Below, one piece after another: positions 1-8,785 of a stretch of DNA of 64,000 bases. Both the position numbers and the translations under genes were made by a program. Below the pieces are notes generated by a model, which worked only from the letters and a program-made list of their open reading frames with translations, did not search any database and was not told the DNA's origin. The DNA comes from Calditrichia bacterium (GTDB taxonomy: Bacteria > Calditrichota > Calditrichia > RBG-13-44-9 > J075), in contig JBOEGD010000007.1 in NCBI GenBank assembly GCA_050633245.1, positions 114,196 through 178,195 of the forward strand. The letters are read 5' to 3'. Positions within the stretch are counted from its first letter, which is position 1. The number at the start of each line of letters is the position of its first letter.

Positions 1-791
1 GCGTAACGAATCTGCTGGCTGCCGTAAACCCGGAAGGAAGCTACACTGCTTCACTTTTAATTGCTAACAACAGCAGCAATGCTCCGAATCTGCAGGTTCC
101 GGTTGAGGTTACGATTAACGCGCTCGAGAGCCCGGCTATTGATGTTGCGCCAGCTGCAATAAGTGATACGCTAATGGACACGCAGGGAACCCAAAGTTAT
201 CAGGTCGTAATAAACAACAGCGGAGATGGTAGCCTTATTTACTTCCTGAACGATTCCAGCGCGGTTGGCGAAGAATGGTTCAGCGTTGAAGCATTTATCC
301 CCATTGGGCGTATTGAAAGCGGACAGAGCGAATCGGTAACACTGACCGTAAATCCGACTGGATTAACGGTTGGGCAAGCCTATTCCGCCAAGCTTCAGAT
401 AATCAGTAACGACAGCGTCAACACGGTTGTCAATGTACCGGTTAACATCACCATAGAATCCTCCACTAGTATTGATCCTGAAGCGTTGCTGCCACAGCAG
501 ATGTCGCTACACGGCAATTATCCGAATCCATTTAACCCATCAACCACCATTCGCTACGAGCTCTCAACTCCTCAGCGTGTATCCATTGCAATTTTTGATG
601 CCGTAGGGCGCGTTGTTCGAGTGCTTAATGACAGCCCCACGGGCGGAGGCGGTACCGGCGGAGACACATATTCTGTTGTTTGGGATGGTAAGGACAATCT
701 CGGTAACTCGGTCGGCAGTGGAGTTTACTATTACAGACTAAGTAGCGATTCCGGGCAAAGCATCAGCCGAAAGATGGTATTGTTGAAATAG
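1..791 (+). CDS. Secreted protein, 5'-truncated by window edge, with Ig/BACON-like repeats and C-terminal FlgD-Ig/secretion-type sorting domain
   Basis: Frame is open from position 3 (VTNLLAAVNPEGSYTASLLIANN...), so the ATG at 174 is internal. C-terminus has GNYPNPFNPSTTIRY...WDGKD...SGVYYY...RKMVLLK. Confidence 0.8.
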   Translation, partial: VTNLLAAVNPEGSYTASLLIANNSSNAPNLQVPVEVTINALESPAIDVAPAAISDTLMDTQGTQSYQVVINNSGDGSLIYFLNDSSAVGEEWFSVEAFIPIGRIESGQSESVTLTVNPTGLTVGQAYSAKLQIISNDSVNTVVNVPVNITIESSTSIDPEALLPQQMSLHGNYPNPFNPSTTIRYELSTPQRVSIAIFDAVGRVVRVLNDSPTGGGGTGGDTYSVVWDGKDNLGNSVGSGVYYYRLSSDSGQSISRKMVLLK

Positions 792-799
792 ACTTAGAT

Positions 800-1111
800 G
801 TTCGCTTCGCTCACTTATTGGGCGAGGCTACACCTCTGGTTGGTGTCTAGCCTAGTGAGTCGCAGTACACTCCACTTAAATTCTTGTCCTTTTTGACAAC
901 ACAAAAAGGACGAAAAATGCCTTTGGTTCGGGGAACTCGTCATCCTGACTCAAACAACCCTCGCCTGACCGTCCATGGTGATTTTTGCTCCGCTCTGTCA
1001 ACACAACCAGTGCACATAAGAAGCCTGGACTCAGCCAATAAGTCCCGAAGGGACGACTCATAAGCGCAGCGCCCCATCAGTGAAACGTCCTACAAGTCCC
1101 GAAGGGACGAC
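800..1111. repeat. Intergenic REP-like cluster between convergent genes, with two copies of AAGTCCCGAAGGGACGAC (1040-1057, 1094-1111)
   Basis: 18-bp direct repeats each hold a GTCCC-GAA-GGGAC hairpin. Extra hairpin TCCTTTTTG..CAAAAAGGA near 887-910. Degenerate inverted copy at about 51146-51190. Confidence 0.75.
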
Positions 1112-2428
1112 CTAGTTCACCAAATACTTCGGCAACCAGGTGGCTAGTTCAGGAAAGAAAATGACTACCGCCAGGCCAATTAGCTGAATAACAATAAAGG
1201 GCATAATTCCACGATAGATATGCTGGGTCTTCACCTCAGGTGGTGCCACACCCTTCAGATAGAAAAGCGCAAAGCCAAAGGGCGGTGTCAGAAACGACGT
1301 TTGCAGGTTCATAGCGACAAGAATGCCCAACCATAGTAAATCGACATTGAGTGCGGCAAAAAGAGGTAACACGACGGGCACAATAATAAACGTAATCTCG
1401 ATAAAGTCGATAAAAAATCCCGCAATAAAGATCGATACCATCACCAGCAGCAACAGCGTATTGGCATCCAGATTATGCTGCTGAATCAGCTGCACAAGAT
1501 AGGCGTCTCCGCCCATTCCCTTGAACACCAGACTGAATGCCGTTGCACCAACCAAAATCATAAAAACCATCGAGGTTAGGAAGGTCGTTTCCTTCATTAC
1601 GATTTTTAGCGTTTCCAGGTTCAGCTTGCCCTGAAGAATAGTCAAGAGCGTTGCACCAAATGCACCAACGCCAGCAGCTTCAGTCGGTGTGGCATAACCG
1701 TAAAAGATCGATCCCAGAACGGCTGTTATCAGCAATAGCGGTAGCAGAAAGGCCATAACGATGCGCTTCCCCATTCCCGCGCCTCTGAATGCAGCCAACT
1801 CTTCCGGCGGCATCGCCGGTGTTGCGCCTGGCTTTATGATACTCAAAACTATAATCCAAAGCAGATACAGGCCAACCAGCAGAATACCGGGAAAAACCGC
1901 GCCCATAAACATATCCCCTACCGGCACGTTCATAACGCTACCAAGCAATACGAGAACGATTGACGGAGGAATAATCTGCCCAAGCGTGCCGGAAGCCGCG
2001 ATAATGCCGGTGGCTACCTCCGGACTGTATCCACGCTTCAACATGGTTGGCAAACTTAACAGTCCCATTGTAACAACCGTGGCTCCAACAATGCCGGTTG
2101 AGGCCGCCAACAACGTTCCAACAACAACGACAGAAATCGCCAGCCCACCGCGCAATCGGCCAAACAACATGCCCATTGTTTCAAGCAGTTCTTCGGCAAG
2201 GCCGGATTTTTCCAGCATGACGCCCATATAAACGAAAAGCGGCACCGCGAGCAGCACATAGTTCTGCATAATGCCCCAGACACGCAGCGGTAATAGATTC
2301 AGAAAATCGAATCCAAACGTAAGGAGTCCGAGCAAAATTGATACGCCACCCAGCGTAAAAGCAACCGGATAACCGAGCAGGAGCAATGCGAATAGCACAA
2401 CAAACAGTATCAGTCCCATCGCTTCCAT
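1112..2428 (-). CDS. dctM: TRAP transporter large permease subunit
   Basis: Very hydrophobic. Motifs LLAVPLF, ASGTLGQIIPPS, ATPTEAAGVG, SFLTPPFG. ATG at 2428 overlaps the dctQ stop (TGATG). Confidence 0.92.
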   Translation of the reverse strand: MEAMGLILFVVLFALLLLGYPVAFTLGGVSILLGLLTFGFDFLNLLPLRVWGIMQNYVLLAVPLFVYMGVMLEKSGLAEELLETMGMLFGRLRGGLAISVVVVGTLLAASTGIVGATVVTMGLLSLPTMLKRGYSPEVATGIIAASGTLGQIIPPSIVLVLLGSVMNVPVGDMFMGAVFPGILLVGLYLLWIIVLSIIKPGATPAMPPEELAAFRGAGMGKRIVMAFLLPLLLITAVLGSIFYGYATPTEAAGVGAFGATLLTILQGKLNLETLKIVMKETTFLTSMVFMILVGATAFSLVFKGMGGDAYLVQLIQQHNLDANTLLLLVMVSIFIAGFFIDFIEITFIIVPVVLPLFAALNVDLLWLGILVAMNLQTSFLTPPFGFALFYLKGVAPPEVKTQHIYRGIMPFIVIQLIGLAVVIFFPELATWLPKYLVN

Positions 2429-2937
2429 CACGCAACCTCCTGCTGCTCTTGCCAGTCTTGCCACGAGCGAATAAGCAATGAGATCGATTGAAGAATAATA
2501 AGCGCAAAGCCAACCGGAATAGCCGCCTTAATCAGGTAACGCATCGGCAGCCCACCCGGATCAGGCGACGTTTCAGATACGGCAAAGGAATTGGCAACGA
2601 AAGTCCAGGAGGTCATTATCGCAACGACTGAAAAGGGAATGGTAAAGAGCAACGTTCCCAGAAAGTTAATCAGTCCCTGATGTTTCTTACTCATGCGGCT
2701 GTAGAAAACATCGACACGCACATGTCGGTCGTGCTTCAACGTATAGCCAGCGGCCAATAAAAAGAGGAAAGCAAATAAATGCCACTCCAGCTCAACCATT
2801 GCCGGGTTTGTGCTGTTAAACGCGTAGCGTACACAAACGTCGTACATAACAACCAACACCATTGCGGAGGTTAGCCACGCGACACCGCTGCCAATCTTTT
2901 CTGTAAGCGCGTCAATTTTGTTTGCAAGTCTTTTCAT
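2428..2937 (-). CDS. dctQ: TRAP transporter small permease subunit
   Basis: Four TM segments. Motifs ELEWHLF, YTL..DRHVRVDVFY, ETSPDPGGLP. Start taken at MKRLANK (2937). Confidence 0.9.
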   Translation of the reverse strand: MKRLANKIDALTEKIGSGVAWLTSAMVLVVMYDVCVRYAFNSTNPAMVELEWHLFAFLFLLAAGYTLKHDRHVRVDVFYSRMSKKHQGLINFLGTLLFTIPFSVVAIMTSWTFVANSFAVSETSPDPGGLPMRYLIKAAIPVGFALIILQSISLLIRSWQDWQEQQEVA

Positions 2938-2951
2938 GAGACCTATAATTT

Positions 2952-3145
2952 TCTGAGTTCCGAGTGTATAGCCGTGGGTCAAGACCCACGTTACTTGTTA
3001 GGCGATTCTCACCGTCTGAGTTCTGTGTGTGCATAGCCGTGGGTCAAGACCCACGTTACTTGTTAGGCGATCTCTCACCGTCTGAGTTCTGTGTGTGCAT
3101 AGCCGTGGGTCAAGACCCACGTTACTTGTTAGGCGATTCTCACCG
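2952..3145. repeat. Three tandem ~65-bp units, each with palindrome CGTGGGTC-AA-GACCCACG (REP-like tandem array)
   Basis: Units at about 2952-3014, 3015-3080 and 3081-3145 are nearly identical: TCTGAGTTCTGTGTGTGCATAGCCGTGGGTCAAGACCCACGTTACTTGTTAGGCGATTCTCACCG. Confidence 0.92.
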
Positions 3146-3285
3146 ATTACCCCAGCCAATATACCTCCCATCAATCAATTTCCAAAACGGACTCAGACCT
3201 GTAAAAACAGTCTGCAAATTAATACTACTGTGCAAAAGAATAGACAGGATCCGCTAAAATAACCCGCTAAATCGAATAAAAAACA

Positions 3286-3300
3286 TGGCATGATACTTGA
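3286..3300 (+). promoter_or_regulatory. Candidate sigma-54 -24/-12 promoter
   Basis: TGGCATGATACTTGA vs consensus TGGCACGNNNNTTGC, 45 bp upstream of the 3346 start (RBS GGAGG). Confidence 0.45.
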
Positions 3301-3345
3301 CCTCTTTATGACAGGAGATCGGAGCACTCATCATTAGGAGGACTT

Positions 3346-3987
3346 ATGAAACGCATTATTCTGTCGCTTATTTTTGGTCTTACCGCATTAAGCACATCTC
3401 TATCTGCGCAGACGGAGTTTTATGCTCGCGCAGGCACCTCGATCCCGTTTACACCTGATCAATTCAGCACGGTTTGGAAGAGTAATTTAAACTATGCCTT
3501 CGGCTTCCGTCTGGCGCGCAGCAAAACGGCTCTGATAGGACTGGAGTTTTCACACCACGATTTTTTATTTGACGAAATCGCCGCGGTGGAATCAGGCATG
3601 TCACCGATTCAAGTCGAAAACCTCAGCGGAAAGCTATCCAGCGTAAACACCCTCAATCTACATCTGAAGTGGTGGCCTATTCTGTCGGAATCAAAAATAC
3701 GTCCGGCGCTTATTGCAGGAGCCGGGTTTTCACAGGTGAAATCGCTGAGCACAACCAGCGGATTTGCAGATGAAAAGTTACAGTCTGGTAGAGCGGGGTC
3801 AGACATTAATGGTTTACGCAAAGACGAAATTGCTGTTTCGTTTAACATTGGTGGAGAATTGCTGTTCCGACTCATGCCAAATTTCGGTTTGGTTCTCAGC
3901 GGTGCATTTACTGGCATGCCGGGTGAAGAATCGATTTCCGGCTTTACTTCATTTAGCCTTGGAATAAGCCTGGGTTTACCGAAATAA
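3346..3987 (+). CDS. Outer-membrane beta-barrel protein (OmpA/OmpW-like barrel)
   Basis: Signal peptide, alternating amphipathic strands, RP..AGAG motif, strong RBS. Confidence 0.65.
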   Translation: MKRIILSLIFGLTALSTSLSAQTEFYARAGTSIPFTPDQFSTVWKSNLNYAFGFRLARSKTALIGLEFSHHDFLFDEIAAVESGMSPIQVENLSGKLSSVNTLNLHLKWWPILSESKIRPALIAGAGFSQVKSLSTTSGFADEKLQSGRAGSDINGLRKDEIAVSFNIGGELLFRLMPNFGLVLSGAFTGMPGEESISGFTSFSLGISLGLPK

Positions 3988-4003
3988 TAAACGTGGAGTG
4001 ACT

Positions 4004-4399
4004 ATGATAAAGGCTTTTACACAATTCGTCATTTACGCAACCATTCTGCTACTGAACTTCTCCTCTTGTGCGCCACCGATTCGGACACTTATGCCCGCAA
4101 CCAAAAAAAACTATGCAGCTCAGAAAAAACTGATAATCACGATGCATGATGGTAGCAAACACAAATTGATATTCAAAAAAAGCGATGAAACCGGGATTTA
4201 TGGGTTCGGACAAAAGTATTTTTCATTTGAGGAAATTGCCTTCATTGAAACCGAACGTGCAAATCCTGCCAATGTGGGCATTGCCATTCTTGGAACAGCC
4301 GCCGTCGGTGCCACGGTCATTGCCATCGCAGCAATAAAGGCACAGCAGGCATATTATAAGGGAATTGCAGAAGGTTTGTCCGGTTTATCGAGTCGATAG
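4004..4399 (+). CDS. Hypothetical lipoprotein with C-terminal hydrophobic helix
   Basis: Lipobox-like FSSC, GGAG RBS before ATG 4004, paralogous to the next ORF. Confidence 0.6.
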   Translation: MIKAFTQFVIYATILLLNFSSCAPPIRTLMPATKKNYAAQKKLIITMHDGSKHKLIFKKSDETGIYGFGQKYFSFEEIAFIETERANPANVGIAILGTAAVGATVIAIAAIKAQQAYYKGIAEGLSGLSSR

Positions 4400-4499
4400 G
4401 TTTAGCGAATACAGTTTATACAATTTGTAATGGATCCTTATGGCCTAAATCCTTTGGCTGGTAGATAGACGATGCGTCTTACAATAAAGAGGGTATTAA

Positions 4500-4874
4500 A
4501 TGAAGTTCGCTAAGATGGTCCTGCGTTGCACAGCTGGCCCCATAGTTCTTATCCTGCTCAACAGCTGTGCCGGTTCAAAACCAACAATGATCGAACCATC
4601 TCGACATAACATCCGTCCAATGATGAAGCTGATAATCGAAACGCAAGAAGGCCAAGTTTATTCAATCAAGGTAAAACGAACCAACAAGCACGGTATTTAT
4701 GGCACCAACGATGAATACATCAAGTATTCAGAAATTAAGCAGTTGGTAAAGGTTCCTTATTCACAATCAAAAATATTGGCTGTCCATGGAGTTGTTCTTG
4801 GTTTTGTCGGCATTGTTGTCGTTGTGGGACTGATAAAAGGACCATCTTTCTCTAGTAATTTTGGCCTTCAATAG
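4500..4874 (+). CDS. Hypothetical lipoprotein, paralog of 4004-4399
   Basis: LNSC lipobox. Shares KLII...G...GIYG...Y....EI and the C-terminal TM with the upstream ORF. Confidence 0.6.
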   Translation: MKFAKMVLRCTAGPIVLILLNSCAGSKPTMIEPSRHNIRPMMKLIIETQEGQVYSIKVKRTNKHGIYGTNDEYIKYSEIKQLVKVPYSQSKILAVHGVVLGFVGIVVVVGLIKGPSFSSNFGLQ

Positions 4875-5010
4875 TGTCGACCGGCGGTAAATTGATACCC
4901 ACATTTATCTGATCAAAGAACCATCTCTCTCTGATAATTTTAACCCCGTTTTCCAGCAGTTATAAAACCAGAAATATGTGCTCGGACAAAATTAAGTCTA
5001 ATGAGTGAAG

Positions 5011-5143
5011 GTGTTAAAATGTGTCAGGCTGAGCACCTCGACTATGCTCGGTATAGGCTCTGTCGAAGCCCTATTGAGAGCTTTCTTAGCCTCTCGCTTC
5101 GCTCGAGGTGACAAAACAAAAATGTAAAACAATTCTGTCCATC
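5011..5143. repeat. ~130-bp REP/MITE-like palindromic element, copy 1
   Basis: GTCAGGCTGAGC...AGGCTCTGTCGAAGCCCTATTGAGAGCTT...CTTCGCTCGAGGTGACAAAAC...CTGTCCATC, closely similar to 10328-10459. Confidence 0.85.
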
Positions 5144-5230
5144 CACTTACTTTTATTTTGCAATAGACTGAATAATTTCTAATATTACGCAGGTATCCAC
5201 AACCCAAGTAAACTCAACCGGAGGAGTTTT

Positions 5231-6013
5231 ATGCACGCCCTGCGCTCCCTTTTTTGCATACTATTTATTTTTTCTGTCTGTCTCGCTGCCAAAGAGACCA
5301 TAACGTTTCCTTCCAAAGATAAACTAACCATCACTGCAGATGTATATATCGCACATGCAGATAGCACTGCTCCATTTATTCTGCTGTGCCATCAGGCTGG
5401 TTGGAGTCGCGGTGAATATCTTGAAATTGCGCCCAAGCTGAACGCGATGGGATTCAACTGCATGGCGATCGACCAACGTTCTGGCAAAGGCGTGAACGAG
5501 GTTTCAAACAAGACCGCAGCAGCGGCAAAGGCCAAAGCTCTGGCAATGGACTATCCTGACGCACTGCCGGATATTATTGCTGCGATAGAATATGCAAAAA
5601 CGCATTATGCTAAAGGAAAGATCATTGTCTGGGGAAGTTCTTACTCTTCTGCTCTGGTGCTTAAACTGGGTGGCGACATGGCAAGCGACATAGATGGCGT
5701 TTTGTCTTTTGCTCCCGGGGAATACTTTACGCGCTTCGGCAAACCAAAAGACTGGATTCGCCAGTCAGCCGCCAAGATTACCGGACCGGTATTCATCACT
5801 TCTGCTAAAAGCGAACACGTGAACTGGAAAGCGATCTACGATGCAATTCCTTCCGAACAGAAGCAATATTTCCTACCGCAAACCAAAGGGAATCATGGTT
5901 CGCGGGCGCTCTGGGATAAGTTTAAGGATAGTGAGGAGTATTGGAAGGCTGTCTCAGATTTTCTCGGACAGTTTCTGACAAAAACAGATGCAGCCGACAA
6001 AATGGAAGGTTAG
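5231..6013 (+). CDS. Secreted alpha/beta-hydrolase (dienelactone hydrolase-like)
   Basis: Signal peptide, LLCHQAG, AIDQRSG, nucleophile-elbow WGSSYS, C-terminal HGS. Confidence 0.8.
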   Translation: MHALRSLFCILFIFSVCLAAKETITFPSKDKLTITADVYIAHADSTAPFILLCHQAGWSRGEYLEIAPKLNAMGFNCMAIDQRSGKGVNEVSNKTAAAAKAKALAMDYPDALPDIIAAIEYAKTHYAKGKIIVWGSSYSSALVLKLGGDMASDIDGVLSFAPGEYFTRFGKPKDWIRQSAAKITGPVFITSAKSEHVNWKAIYDAIPSEQKQYFLPQTKGNHGSRALWDKFKDSEEYWKAVSDFLGQFLTKTDAADKMEG

Positions 6014-7404
6014 CGAGTAAGCGTCATCTGCCTAACGCTGCTTGTAAAATCCGTTTTTAAAACATACCAATATGGGCCCGATGCCACGGGCCTTTCTATA
6101 TCATCCAATCCATTCCACTCAAAAGCATGCAAACCACGACTATAGTACCCTTTGCTAAGGAGTCGAATTTGCTGTCCGTTTACATTGAATATACGCAGCT
6201 CTATCTGCGTCGGAGAATCCAACTCGAATTCAATTTGCGTTGTTGGATTAAAAGGATTGGGATAATTGCGTAAGCTAAGCGATTGGGGGAGTTGTGGATT
6301 GTCGTCTTCTATCCCGGTTACTGGTGGGTTAAAGACATCGATAGATGTCTGGACATTTCCGGCGAAATCGAAGAAGGCAAGATTTTCCCAGGCGGAACCA
6401 AATTGTGGAGCGGATATCCATGCAGCTTCCCAATAAAAAACACCGGTACCGCGATTATTCGGCAGATTGCGCACAATGTTCATCACGTCTCGAACAAACC
6501 AACGCTGTCCGTTCACCGAAGCCGGATAACCATTTAGCAGTTGGCTGTTCAGCCCAACAATATTGCCAGTGTTGTCGCCAAAGTTCAGCGTCCAGGGGTA
6601 GGCAGTTTCTACTACCACAACTTCTTTGTTATATCGATTAACCATGTCGGTTAAATTACTGGTGAGATCATTCAGATCGCCATGCCACCATGGATAAAAA
6701 GACTGACCGATAATATCGAATTCCACATTCTGAGCCGTCAGATTATCGAAGAACCAGCGGCTACTGCCGTTATCCCCACCACGGTCAATGTGGATCATGA
6801 TCTTCGTGCTATCCCCTGCCCCAAGCGCGTCGCGCACTCCCTGACCACCACTGCCGATTAACTGCGCCAGTTGCGACCACTGCTGCGGGGTATTAAACCC
6901 ATCACAGACACGTCCTTCATTCCACAGCATACCGCAAATGATCTCATTGCCGATCTGCACCACATCCGGTGGCGTTTGCTGGGCAGCGAGTGCTCCTACA
7001 ACGTGGTTAGTATATTGGTAGACGCTATCGGAGAGCGCGGAAAAAGGCAAGCCCATCCATACCGCAGGCTTGGTTTGATTGCCGGGATCTGCCCAGGTGT
7101 CAGAATAGTGGAAGTCCAGTAAAAGCTGCATTCCAGCAGTCTTCACTCGGGTGGCAATCTCAAGTGTTTTTTGCAGATTACTATAACCATCGGCGGGATT
7201 ATTCCAGACTCGCAAACGCACAGCGTTTACACCATTTTCGGCAAATACCTCAAGGGCATCACGTGGCACACCCCCGACTCGGAAGGTGCCACCAGAATCC
7301 TCTACTTTCTGTAGATAGGAGACATCCACGCCGCGAAAAAAATCATTTTCACTCTGCTGCGCAAATAGCACAATCGGGAAGAACAGAATTAGCAAAAGGC
7401 GCAT
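6010..7404 (-). CDS. GH53 arabinogalactan endo-beta-1,4-galactanase with C-terminal FlgD-Ig/sorting domain
   Basis: GVDVS, VRLRVW, DFHYSDTWADPG, VQIGNEI, ETAYP, FYWE, then NYPNPFNPTT tail. Confidence 0.92.
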   Translation of the reverse strand: MRLLLILFFPIVLFAQQSENDFFRGVDVSYLQKVEDSGGTFRVGGVPRDALEVFAENGVNAVRLRVWNNPADGYSNLQKTLEIATRVKTAGMQLLLDFHYSDTWADPGNQTKPAVWMGLPFSALSDSVYQYTNHVVGALAAQQTPPDVVQIGNEIICGMLWNEGRVCDGFNTPQQWSQLAQLIGSGGQGVRDALGAGDSTKIMIHIDRGGDNGSSRWFFDNLTAQNVEFDIIGQSFYPWWHGDLNDLTSNLTDMVNRYNKEVVVVETAYPWTLNFGDNTGNIVGLNSQLLNGYPASVNGQRWFVRDVMNIVRNLPNNRGTGVFYWEAAWISAPQFGSAWENLAFFDFAGNVQTSIDVFNPPVTGIEDDNPQLPQSLSLRNYPNPFNPTTQIEFELDSPTQIELRIFNVNGQQIRLLSKGYYSRGLHAFEWNGLDDIERPVASGPYWYVLKTDFTSSVRQMTLTR

Positions 7405-7415
7405 AGACGCTCCGG

Positions 7416-8570
7416 TTATCGCAAATAAAAGCTGAGGCCAAGGGTTGTCGTGAAAGCCGTTAATCCATCTGAGCGATCATACAACGCCACGCGAAATTCC
7501 ATTTTTTTGAGATTCAAATTACCCATTTTGGCTATTCGCTCCAGTGGGTAATAGCGAAACCCCAATCCGTATTTCAGACTGTTAAAACCCGAGAGATCAA
7601 AATCAGATGTATAAAACTCTGACGATGGATCATGCTGCTCAAAATCCGCAAAATAATCTGCCTCAGTCTGATTATGATAGCGCACAAAAGGCGTAACAGC
7701 AAAAGACTTGACAAATCGAATCGGCAGCTCTGCGCTAAATGTATTTGCGGTAATTCCAAAGTCATCATAGTAAAAACGATAAAAAAGACGCGTAACCAGG
7801 TATTCATTGATGTAGGTATTGAGTCTCAGACCAACAGGAATCTTTATTCGGGATTCGGGCAGCAGCTCGGTGCGGGGTAAGTTCTCTCCAGGGAAATAAA
7901 CGCGATGAAAAGGCGTCGATAGAAATCCTGTCTGATAGGCAAAATCTACATTCAACGCAGCTTGCATGCGTTGGTTAATGACCTGAGACCAGGTTGCCGA
8001 ACTGCTAAATGTTCGGCGCGCACCGCTGACGTTTTCGCCACGCAAACTACTGCGAAGCTCAATTGGGCGAATGATAGTCGCGTTGTCAAAGAAGAACTGA
8101 CTCTTCAAACTCAGTTCGCGGTTACCATCCTGCGATCCTTTCGACCAGGTAGCTCCGAAGGAGACAGAATTGTAATCGTATTCTGCAGAGCCACCTAACA
8201 ATAATCCATAGGAGCCGGTTCCATCCTGCGAACCGATGGTGTATCCAAGATTAACATAAGCCCGCGCATCCTGTCCGGACGCTCCGGAAACAACCGGATC
8301 GACATTATCCGAAGATGCGCTGGTATAAACTTCCAAACCAGTCGTTACTGCCAAGGAATGCGTATCGCGCATCGGAATCGTTACCACGATCAGCGGACCA
8401 ACATCGGTTAGCTCTTCTGTTCCCTGTCCCCCGGTTACAGCGGCATTATCACCATCCTGACTGTAATAGTTGAAGAGAAAGTCTATTTCAGTGTCCCGAG
8501 CCATATCTGTCTGAGCGAAAGCAACTGCACCTAACAGAAACAGCAATAGAGAGATCCTGCTTAATTGCAT
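7416..8570 (-). CDS. DUF3570 family outer-membrane beta-barrel protein, candidate flavinylation substrate
   Basis: YYSQDG..AVTGG.GTE.L N-terminus, YTSASSD..D.VVSGAS, LSTPFHRVYF, TSDFDLS. Typical context with DUF4266 and apbE. Confidence 0.82.
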   Translation of the reverse strand: MQLSRISLLLFLLGAVAFAQTDMARDTEIDFLFNYYSQDGDNAAVTGGQGTEELTDVGPLIVVTIPMRDTHSLAVTTGLEVYTSASSDNVDPVVSGASGQDARAYVNLGYTIGSQDGTGSYGLLLGGSAEYDYNSVSFGATWSKGSQDGNRELSLKSQFFFDNATIIRPIELRSSLRGENVSGARRTFSSSATWSQVINQRMQAALNVDFAYQTGFLSTPFHRVYFPGENLPRTELLPESRIKIPVGLRLNTYINEYLVTRLFYRFYYDDFGITANTFSAELPIRFVKSFAVTPFVRYHNQTEADYFADFEQHDPSSEFYTSDFDLSGFNSLKYGLGFRYYPLERIAKMGNLNLKKMEFRVALYDRSDGLTAFTTTLGLSFYLR

Positions 8571-8785
8571 CCACATCCTCCACCTACTTTTCCACCATTT
8601 GCACCCGAGGCTCCTTCACGATAGGTTTCTATATTGTTTTCGTGAGTCTCCATTGTTGCACTGGAAAGCTTCATGTCCTCATCATTCAGTAACATTTTTT
8701 GATAAGGTTTAACCGAGGCGCAACTACTAAACATTAATGCAATGCCCGCAAAAATCAGAATACGCTTCAAAGAGATTCCTTTCAT
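8561..8785 (-). CDS. DUF4266 family small lipoprotein
   Basis: SSC lipobox, VKPYQK..LND.DM, YREGASG..GG..GGGCGCN C-terminus. Confidence 0.88.
   Translation of the reverse strand: MKGISLKRILIFAGIALMFSSCASVKPYQKMLLNDEDMKLSSATMETHENNIETYREGASGANGGKVGGGCGCN

Noticed and set aside
876-1061. Short ORFs in repeat regions (876-1061, 2964-3257, 4998-5207, 47447-47650)
   Set aside because: Translations of REP/MITE sequence with no coding signature.
2952-3145. CRISPR array
   Set aside because: Sequences between the palindromes are essentially identical rather than unique spacers, and there are no cas genes in the window.
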